From assembly GCA_951406725.2 (NCBI GenBank), contig OX597820.1, positions 1,178,001-1,242,000 of the forward strand: a stretch of 64,000 bases of DNA. The letters are read 5' to 3'. The position numbers and the translations under genes were made by a program. The DNA is from Octopus vulgaris (Eukaryota). Below the pieces are notes generated by a model. That model worked only from the letters and a program-made list of their open reading frames with translations. It did no database searches and had not been told where the DNA came from. Numbering within the stretch: position 1 is the first letter of the stretch; every line of letters begins with the position of its first letter. This document shows positions 54,150 to 64,000 of this stretch, piece after piece.

Positions 54150-54670
54150 GATCATCATCATCATCATTCAACGTCCATTTTCCATGCTGGCATGGGTTGG
54201 ATGATTTGACTGGGGACTGGCAAAACATGAGGCTACACCAGGCTCCAATCTGATCTGGCAAGGTTTCTACAGCTGGATGTCCTTCCTAATGCCAACCACT
54301 CCAAGAGTGTAGTGGGTGCCTTTTATGTGCCACTGGCAGAGGAGCCAGTCAGGGCAGGGGGTGGCTAGCCTTGATCACATTCAGATGGTGCTTTTTACAT
54401 GCCACCAGCATGGGGAGCCAGTCACGCAGCTCTGGCAGTAACGCACGCATGAATGAATGGTGCTTATCATGTGCCACCAGCAGTGGTATCGGCCACAACT
54501 ACAATTCCCATTTGATTTTGATTTTGATTTTCCTTAACTCCATAGGTCTCCTCAAGCATGGCATGTCACCTGATGATTCAAAGGTACTTTTTAAATGGGT
54601 TGCTTATGCAACACTGGTGTAGGCCACGGCTGTGATCTCACTTTCCTTGCCGGGTCTTCTCAGTCACACC
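54150..54670 (-). mobile_element. (GAT)n-tailed retroposon, longest copy; shorter copies near 7680-7910, 18437-18565, 37110-37200, 40655-40834, 49360-49500, 50817-50985, 51870-52060, 52795-52990, 53100-53240, 54005-54085, 58660-58860, 59215-59430
   Basis: Recurrent (tca)n-tt(t/c)aac(g/a)tcc..tttccatgctggcatgggttgga..ctacagctggatgcccttcctaatgccaaccac. Confidence 0.85.
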
Positions 54671-55084
54671 ATTCAGACTAAACATTCTAATAGCAAAGTT
54701 ATGAGAAATGGGTTGGACGGTTTGGAAAGATCCAGTGACCCACAAGGCCACATCAACTTTGACATGGTTTTTGTACAGCTGGACACCCTTTGAAATGAGC
54801 TCCTTGGACTGGTTTTGACTTTCTTCAGTTGTTTGGGTTCTAGACCAATCTTCAGTGGAAAATAGTCTACCAAACTAATAACACTTCAGCTGACATTCTT
54901 AAAAACACAGACAAATATGATTCTAGCTTCAAATATTTACCAAAGCTCAGAATATCCTTTCTATAATAAGACATCTGAAGTACTTGAATGGTACTTCATT
55001 TTTTTTTTCAAACCACAAAATAATGAAAAGCAAAAACATCAACAATACAATAATAATGATAATAATAATAATAATAATACAAAC

Positions 55085-55156
55085 CTCATTTTCTTGTCGC
55101 CTCTTTTCTTCTTCAGCAGCAGCAGCTTCGGCTGCAGCAGCAGCAGCAGCAGCATC
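55085..55156 (-). CDS. TnI: Troponin I-like gene, poly-Ala exon B (DAAAAAAAAEAAAAEEEKRRQENE), phase 0/0
   Basis: ctcatctttcgcag|GAT...AATGAG|gtttgt; 72 nt open; looks like a paralogue of exon 60986-61030. Confidence 0.65.
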
Positions 55157-55891
55157 CTGCGAAAGATGAGAGCAACAGAATTGTAACTTATGATAAACAA
55201 TGATGGCAAACATTGGAAAGGAAAATGACAGAAAATAAATCGAGGGAAATAATTGTTAAAATCATCAACAGATTTTTCATTGGTTATTCATTCATCTGAA
55301 CTCATACAAGTGGCTGAGAATTCTACAGACTCTTGTACTTGTAATGTGATCCTTAAGCAGAATCATCATGCTACAGCATGTAACAAAACTGGTCCCTTCA
55401 ATTACAGGCACAGTTTCTCCAGTGAGTAGCAGCACTCTTTCTATCCCCCAACGAATTTACTCGTAAAAGAGGTTGTAGTGGAATACATTTGCATAAATGG
55501 CTGTGAAGTAGGATCAAATGAGAGCCCTTACACTTGTGGAGTAAAAATCTTCACCATTTCACCAAATGTGTGTGGCCAGTTTTTGTATACATGCAAATAT
55601 ACATACATATATACATGCAAGCAAAAGAGTGCACATATGCAAGAAAATCAAAGACTCATAGATACAGTTTCAAGATATACTGAAGGTCATATACAATCAG
55701 ACAAACTGACACAGCTGTAGACACAAATATAATTGCTCACATAATCATAGAATTATGTGAAGTCGTAATTCATGGCCCTTTATTTATATATTGATTTACT
55801 TATTTGACTTTTCAAGAAACCAAATTTAAAACCTAGTCTCAGTTAACTAACTGAACTTGTAAAAATCAAAAAAATAATTCCTGCTAGTATG

Positions 55892-55934
<43 letters not shown>

Positions 55935-56137
55935 GTGTTTTACCATCGTTACATAGATAAAGTGCATTAATCCAAATGCACAGTGCCTTGTATCTGCACT
56001 GTCTGTAATTTTGGTAGACAATGGACAAGATAGACATTATTGACAGACTGTCAGAGAGAAAAATATGAAGATCATCAAAAACAATAACATAGAAGCTAAT
56101 GGACAGGAAAAGCTAAAGAAAAGGAAAAAAACAAATC

Positions 56138-56169
56138 TTGGTCTATTTTGCTTTAGCAACAACCATATA

Positions 56170-56234
<65 letters not shown>

Positions 56235-56416
56235 ATATATATAAAACATCTTGGTCTATTTTGTCTTAGCAACAACTATGTATATATATATATATATACA
56301 CACATATACATATATTCCTTGGACTATTTTTGTCTTAACAACCACTATATATATTATATATATGATAGAAAAAACAGACCAGAACTACTTGGTCTGATTT
56401 TTCTTAGCAACAACTT
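56138..56416. repeat. Four approximately 28-bp direct repeats separated mostly by TA/TG microsatellite
   Basis: (c)ttggtctattttg(c/t)(t/c)ttagcaacaac-like units at about 56138, 56250, 56318 and 56388. Confidence 0.8.
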
Positions 56417-56727
56417 AAAGAAAATCTCAGTCTAGTTTGTTTGAACAACTATGGAATTCATGCAAGTTCAAAAGTGCAAACAAAGTGGAGATATTGAGGG
56501 AGAAGAGGACATAAAGAGAGGGAGAACCACACCTGGAAGGGAAAAAAAAGAAGAAGAAACAAAATACAAGAGGAAGAATACAAGTGTTGTAGGATTAAAC
56601 AAATTGATAAGTGGTTTTCTTAACTAGACATAAAAGCAAATCAGAGAAACAAAACAGAGTTGAAGAACTTATCTAAGAAACACGACAATGGACGACACAG
56701 CTGCTAAAAGCTGAGCAGTGCATTGCC

Positions 56728-56790
<63 letters not shown>

Positions 56791-56973
56791 ATTTATTCAT
56801 GTGTAAGGCACACCCGATATTTAGTGTTAAATGTTGGTACATTTTTTTTTTTGTTCAAAGTTTTAGCTTTGGTCCATGTATAAGTTACACTCCAGTTTTG
56901 TCAGTTTATATCTTACCAAATAGTGTGACTTATGCATGAGTAAATATGGTGTGCATGTGCCTATAAAATTATG

Positions 56974-57014
<41 letters not shown>

Positions 57015-59712
57015 ATTTGCATGTAAATGAGAAAATAGGAGGATATAAAACTAGTACTGAGGTTCATGCAGAAAAGAAAAATGAAAGTGCAAAAAGGAAA
57101 GGGTAATATATATACAAAAGAATAAGGGATAAAGTGAGAGAGAGAAAAGGGGAGATGAGGAAAATAAGGAGTCACACCTGGAAGAAAAGAAAAGTAATTG
57201 TGTGGCAGAATTAAAAAAACCTGTGAATATTAAGAAGATGTTGGTGCGGTCAGAGATCAAACCTGGAAGAAGAGTAGGACAAAACCGGAAAATTCTAGGA
57301 ATGGTTTCACTGTGAACCTAGACACACAGACACACAAAGGAAATTAGTAAAATATTGATTGACTTATGGCCACTAGATTTGACCAGGTAACAGCTAATCC
57401 ACTTTCTAAATTCTATTTAAAAACAGAGCAGCAAATGGCCCATCATTTTAATGGGATGAAGCTGCTTGTCTTATCTGTTGAATTAACTAGCCTTAGTTGG
57501 TTTGTTTTATATCTTCTTGACCCCTAATTTTTTTTAGGGTTAGCAAGCTAGGTCTAGTAAGCTACAAGACTGTCTAATATTAAATTGGCCAGCACAGAAA
57601 GACCCCTAAAAGCAGATGTAGTAAGTAATCTACAAGTCCATCTCTGAAGGGGGTCAATGTCCTATCAGGCAATAAAGCAATTTTGTAGATGCGTCAGCCC
57701 CTGTGACAGCAGACTTTCCTGCGACCACCCACAAATGCAGGCACTAAAACTCTCACACAAAAGCACAAGCTTTATTGAGTCAGATGTTGTGACTCTGCGG
57801 CACAGCAACATGTGACACTTGGAGCAAATGTTCTGTTGATGAAAGTAATGAGAAAGAATCTACAAGAAAACTGTTGCAACTTCCAGATTTCCCCCCAACC
57901 CATTCTCAAGTTTCTTCAGTCTTTCTTAAGGACTGGTTTTCTTTCTTGGCTATTTGCTCCAAAATAATAAACATGACTGGCTTCAGCCATCACAGAAAAT
58001 TATTCAGCTGAACGGCTTTTAGTAAAATTTGTGCAGAGAGAAAGCTTCTATGCCAGACTCTCAATAAGGGGTTAGCAAAACAAAATTATTCTTGTAGAAC
58101 AAGTTTTAGTAGAATCACTTGTCTTGTTAGATTCTTTTCAACTGGCTACTTTTTCCATTGAACATAAATATTTGCCATTTGACCTTTGGAATTATCAAAA
58201 TAGTTGTTTCAGAACAACAATATTCGTTCTATCCTTAACTTGCTCAAGTGTAAGAAATGCCTGGCCAAATAATGGTTTAGGGATCTGTTGAAAGAAAGAG
58301 AGGAGAAGAAAGAAAAGAATATAAAATGAAAAAAGGAAGAAAAAAAATTTCACAATGAACATTTTCAGTCAATGGTTTTTAGCCTTTAATTATGACATCA
58401 CATTTTCTGGAATATTAACGGACTTCTGACCAGATAATCATGAACCAAGTTTTCATTCAATGACTGTGGTGGAGTGCCACTGGGGAAAGCTACATAATAC
58501 TGAAAGAAGTCCAGCTCTGCCTGTCAGGCAATGAGGAGGATCTGACACCAAATTCACTGCTTAGGGATTAAGGATAAAACAACTGAGCACCAGTCGTGTG
58601 AAGGCTCGAATTTACACTAAAAACAAACAAAACAAAATCTCTGCCAATATGCAAAAAATATCATCATAGTTTAACGTCCACTTTTCCATGCTTGCATGGG
58701 TTGGATGGAATTTGAAGAGTTGGATTTTCTACAGCTGGATGTCCTTACTGTCACCAATGCCCACCTGTTTCCAAGCAACATAATATTCCTCCATGAGCAG
58801 ACATGTTTTCATGGAAGACTGGAAAGAAAGGACACTGCCTGCATAACAGGGACTCCCATTTACAACAATCACGAAATCAAAGCAAGGACAAACACTCACA
58901 CACACAATGGGCTTCTTTCGGTTTCCATCAACCAAATCCATTCACAAGGCTTTCGCTGGCCTGGGGCTATAAATAGAAAACCGTTGCCCAAAGTACCATG
59001 CAATGGAACTGAAACCAAGACCATGGGGTTGGAAAATAAACTCCTTCATCACACAGCCAAGCCTGCACCTATATGGAGGGATATCCACTTAAAAAACAAG
59101 TAACTTCTATTTTGTTTAGAAAGAAGTGATGGAAGCTAATCTCAGAATGCTGAACCTCACAAAGGAATTGACAAGGGATTATGACTAGATAACAATTCTT
59201 TATAATTTTGGAGCATCATCATCATCATCATCGTTTAACATCCGTTTTCCATGCTGGCATGGGTTGGATGGTTTGACTGAGGGATGGATAACCAGGAGGC
59301 TTCACCAGGCTCCAATCTGATCTGGCAATGTTTCTACAGCTGGATGCCCTTCCTAATGCCAACCACTCTGAAAGTGTAGTGGGTGCTTTTTATGTGCCAC
59401 CAGCACAGGAGCCAGTCAGGTGGACCTGGCATCAACCAGCATATTTAGGGGATGGTGAGGCAAGTCCATTACATCAACCTCAGCACCTGACTCCTCATCC
59501 TGATTTTATCGACCCAGCAAAGATGAAAAACTCAAATTCAGCAAACTTTGAACTCGAAATGTAAAGAACTGAAAGAAAACCACTGAGCAGTCTGTCTAAC
59601 TGACACAAATTTACTGCAGGAGCTGTGGAATCGTTGGGCACTGGGGTCAATGTAATCATATATTCCCCTTACTTAAAATTTCTGGCCTCATACCAAAATT
59701 TGAAACCATTAA

Positions 59713-59926
59713 AGGCAGCAAGCTGGCAGAACCATTAGCATATTGGACAAAATGCTTAGTGGCATTTCCTTCAAGCTTTATGTTCTGAGTTCAAATCCCA
59801 CAGAGTTCAACTTTGCTTTTTATCCTTTTGGGGTCAATAAAATAAGTACCTGTTGAACATTGGGGTCAATGTAATAGACTTACACTCCAGCCTAAAATTG
59901 CTGGCCTTGTACCAAAATTTGAAATA

Positions 59927-59930
<4 letters not shown>
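59713..59930 (+). mobile_element. Nin-like tRNA SINE with (ATT)n tail; further partial copies at about 59480-59710
   Basis: Same family motifs; ends AAATTTGAAA then (TTA)n. Confidence 0.8.
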
Positions 59931-59984
<54 letters not shown>

Positions 59985-59986
<2 letters not shown>

Positions 59987-60266
59987 GACAAGCTGAAGAG
60001 CGTGATGTGATTGTAATAGATATTTCATTGACTGAACGATATTTCGACAGCAAGCCTGTCTTTGTCGAGTTGAAAATAAAACATGATAAAAATTCAAAAT
60101 TATAGAAATTCAAATTTAAAATATGAACGAGAGCAACCAGCATCCAGAGTTTAGATCTGAATCTCTATAATTTTGAATTTTTATCACTTTTTATTTTGAA
60201 TTCGACAAAGACAAGTTTGCTGTCAAAATATCGTTCAACCAATAAAACACCTCTTCATCTTGTCTA
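59985..60266. repeat. Long inverted repeat between (TTA)n tracts
   Basis: tagacaag..gaagag / ctcttcatcttgtcta outer arms; inner arms about 60027-60120 and 60149-60242. Confidence 0.85.
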
Positions 60267-60301
60267 TTTACCTTAGTGAAGAGTTACATCAATCCTTTTA
60301 A

Positions 60302-60342
<41 letters not shown>

Positions 60343-60464
60343 GCTTGTGTATGCTAATTTAGTTTGCAGGTATTTTATTTTGAGGTTTGATGACAAGTCT
60401 CCTCAAATCTGAAGAAACTTCTTCAGGATTTTTACAGAATATGGATGATGATGATGATGATGAT

Positions 60465-60665
60465 AGGAGGGTACATTTCTTCAGGTCGACAATGCAAGTC
60501 TCAATTCCAATGTCTTTCAGTCTTTTAGGTAGCATTCAGGGTATTGTGCCAAATGCATTAATTACCACAAAAATAATTGTCTTGGTCTTCCAGTCTTCTT
60601 AACTCTGTGGTTAAATCCTGATATTTCTCAATTTTTTTCAATTTCTTTGGTATTGACTTATGATA
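60465..60665 (-). mobile_element. R4/Dong-like retrotransposon fragment (RLE domain), frameshifted
   Basis: Pieces KEIEK / IEKYQDLTTELRRL / KTKTIIFVVINAFGTIP*MLPKRLKDIGIETCIVDLKKCTLL. Confidence 0.65.
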
Positions 60666-60985
60666 GGAAATTACAGTGTATGATCTTACACTGTTTACTA
60701 CTACTACTTATTATTATTATTGTTGTTGTTAATATTATTATTATTTATATCATTTATTTATTTACATTTTAGGTGAAGACATGAATTTCAAGTTAAAATC
60801 TTTTGCACCCAAAATTATTATTATTATTATTATTATTTATATTTTTATGTTGTAGTTAGTAATAAAGGATGGCCATAAATGAAGCTAGACCATTGTGAAA
60901 TGTTCATTGTTTGTTTAGAAGTCTATAGACCAAGTCTATACTAGAAGAAATCTCACAGCAAGTCTATTAGGAACCATAAACAAAC

Positions 60986-61030
60986 CTCTTCTTCTTTCCG
61001 TCTGCGTTCTTCAGCAGCTGCAGCATCGTC
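60986..61030 (-). CDS. TnI: Troponin I-like gene, N-terminal exon A (DDAAAAEERRRKEEE), phase 0/0
   Basis: Minus strand ctttgattctacag|GAC...GAAGAG|gtttgt; 45 nt open; resembles the DDA..AEE.RRREEE start of the E/R-rich extension of scallop long TnI as recalled; TnI core not in window. Confidence 0.65.
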
Positions 61031-64000
61031 CTGTAGAATCAAAGTAGAATAATTTTTGCCTTTTTTAATTGTTAGTCCAAAGATTACTAGTTGCATGATA
61101 GTAGTTCACTTTAAATAATGCACCGACCAATTGCCAAGGGCTACAGGGTGGACTTATCAAAATACTAAGAAATCGTCTTAAATAAAGCAATGAAGGTCTT
61201 AGACTTGGACAACTGAAAAATAAGTGACTAACTTAGAATTTATTGTTTCTTAAGTAAAGCTACACAACGGTTAGAAATGTTCCTTATTTGCAGATTTTTG
61301 ATTTTAGATTTGGCAACCAAATCCAAAAAAGAGAAGGATTATCGTTATTCCTTAAGTGGAACACTTGAAAATTGCTAACCAGAACTGAATGAAAGCTGAG
61401 GTGGTGTTAAAAATATCCACAAATAAAGAAAGTATTTATCAATGTGGTGTTGCATACACACTTTTACTGTTCCCCTCTAACAGGTGTGTATGTGTATACA
61501 CACACACATACACACAAGCACATATATTAAATAACAAAAGTAAACTACATTAACAACAAAAATAAACATTTCTTTGACTAATGATTGATGTTAAAAATGT
61601 TTAAAGAGTTAAAAATAATTTTTAATTTAGTTTATATTTTGGGGTTTTTTTTTTTACATTCAGACTCAAAAAGCTGAAAAAAAAGGCTTTGTTTGATAAA
61701 AAACAAGAAATAATTTCTTATCACAGAAACCAATCTCAAACTATAACCAGTTCTAAAATATCTAAATAACTATTTTAGTATTTGTATAATACTTAAATCT
61801 AAATTATTAAATTAATAATAATGAGGGGAGAGGGTAGAATTGGCAAATTAAGGTTGATTCTATTCCAAGTCAGACATTTTCAAAGTTGGTTTATGCAGAT
61901 GTACGAGTAACAGCTCATGTTTTTAGCTAAAATTTATTGTTAAAGAAAAGAATAGAAATAGGATAGAATAATAATGGCATGCAGATATTCTTTGTAGAAT
62001 TCTAGCATACAGAATGTTGAAATCTGATAGACAATAGCAACACAGCAGGTGATAGATTCTATACTTGCAGAAGCTACAAATCTCACCGAAATTTGGGATT
62101 TGGAAGCTGTTATATAAATCATCTCAATTTTCTGTAATGATTTACAACTTGTGAAGCCCAAAGAATAATTTTGAACTTTTAGTTGTCTGCCAAAAGAGAT
62201 CTTGCAATGAGAGCTCGACATGTTTAAGGCTACAAATATGAGCAGAAAGAACTGCTTTATAAACAATTGTTTCAAAGAAACTTCTTCATACAATCTTCAG
62301 ATCTCTCAAAGTACTTTTGTTAATTAAAAGCTTGTCATCTGTAATCAAAGAAACCTTTTACCTTTTAGAAAGGCCTCTCTGATTATGACTGGCAATCAGG
62401 CTCCATATGCCAAGCTTTCCTCCATTTGTTTAACACCAGATCATCTCTGATTAAGTAAACCTATGATCAAAGGTGATCCAACCAGGAGCTTTCTAGCTTT
62501 CTTTTTATATCCAGGACATTTTATAATGTGTCTTTCCTTTTCTTTTTTAAAACTTGAGACAGTTGGGTGCTATTTCTAGCATATCAGGACATGTAAGCCC
62601 TTCCATTGGCTTGCATGTGGTCTTATTGAAGACCATAGTAGATATATTTTGATGCATTTTTCTGTATAGCAGACAGAGAACATTGCACTTAATCTGTTTT
62701 TGACTGTGCAGAACAATTAGCAGTGATTCAGGAAGGGACAGGCCAAGTCATTTCAATTTATCTAGACTAAGAAAAAAATTCCAAGATAGAGAGGCAGTTA
62801 GTTGACCTTCGGTTATTTTTGGCATGTATGTACAAAGGTTGGAATAAGAAAGAAAATGGCTTTAGTCACTTGACTAGTCAATGTGTGGTGGAAACATAAG
62901 AGAGGAGCACCAACAAGGAACTCTGAAGGAATTATTTTTAGAGAATATTTTATCAACGGTCGAATAATTTTGGTTCCATATCATATATTTATATTGTTCT
63001 TACAACTAACAAAAGCCATGGCTCAAGATAACCACATTGATTGTGGGACTGCTTTGCTGACATCAATGGTTTAGTTTAACTGGATGATCAATTCAAGAGA
63101 GAGAGAGAGACAAAACTATAAGTTAATTAAACACTTAAATACTAATGATGTCTTAGAGATATCATATATAATACACAACTGAGTAAATGCACAAAATGCA
63201 TGTATAAACTATATATATATATATATATATATATACAGTTCTTCATCAAATGTTAATTATTAAGATTCAGGCCATGCTATACATGGCCATAAAAATTACG
63301 TAAAATAAAATTTAAAATACTCTGTAAAAAAATCAAGAAATAACTGCATTCATAAAGTAATTAATTAGAAAACAAAATACTTTTGTAGATGGGGGCTAAT
63401 TACTGTAGTAACTAATCAATAAGTTTGTCTTGAATTATTAGAGAAATCAAGTTAGTAGGGTGAACATGAAACTGGCTGAGAAACTAAGGAATATTTATTT
63501 GTTTATTTAAGACAATGAATCAAAAATGGTAAAACAGTGGAACCAAATATTCTTACAATCTTAATGATAAAATTGTTTTACTAAATTCTTCATTTAAGAT
63601 TAATTGAAACAAAGGCAAACGATTCCAAGAGAAATATGGTAACAAAAAGGGTAAAATCTTAAAATTAACAAAAATCAATGGTATTTTGTTTCCTTTAGTG
63701 CCTTGTAAAGAATGAACTTAATCTAAACATTTAATCAGAAAATGGAAACTATAAATGAAAATGCAAAGAAAATTATGCTTACAATCTGTAAAGAAATATT
63801 ATTTATATATAAATTTATAGTATATAGTATATAAATATATGTAAAGGACAAATATTTGTGATGTATAAGGGAGTGCATATACAATCAACTTTTCATTGGA
63901 TGGTACTAAAATGTGTAATTATTTGTAGTAATAAATCTAAATAGTTTGCCGATAATTAAAGGTATGATACAAAGCTCACTTCTCGTTGGAAAAACTTTTA

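Noticed and set aside
56138-56416. CRISPR array
   Set aside because: Animal DNA, degenerate repeats, low-complexity spacers of unequal length, no cas genes
57860-58284. Strong acceptor followed by IPKPLFGQAFLTLEQVKDRTNIVVLKQLF*
   Set aside because: Stops in all three frames within about 90 nt; could be a terminal or UTR exon but cannot be supported without transcripts
61940-62293. 117-aa minus-strand ORF upstream of exon A
   Set aside because: No recognisable motif, non-ATG start and no usable splice sites identified

Overview
AT-rich, microsatellite-dense animal genomic DNA; the SINE families point to an octopus (coleoid cephalopod). One long minus-strand gene appears to span the whole window. 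Four phase-0 E/R/K/A-rich exons (60986-61030, 55085-55156, 49943-50122, 17160-17207) resemble, from memory, the N-terminal extension of molluscan troponin I; neither the start codon nor the conserved TnI core was found here. Between the last two lie five more phase-0 exons (30199-30597, 28033-28137, 27000-27077, 25303-25368, 22369-23457; 1737 nt, 579 aa of disordered protein with WPP and KKFE motifs): either a large alternative insert/N-terminus or a nested same-strand gene. Introns contain tRNA-derived SINEs, fragments of RTE, HERO, R4/Dong and L1/Tx1-like LINEs, TTAA MITEs, a tRNA-Lys 5' half and many long palindromes. The most striking non-coding signal is a tRNA-headed element with a minimal hammerhead-ribozyme core, present as a head-to-head palindrome flanked by a 14-bp direct duplication (51254-51771), with further hammerhead-like cores in other repeats. 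All calls were made by eye; repeat boundaries are approximate.
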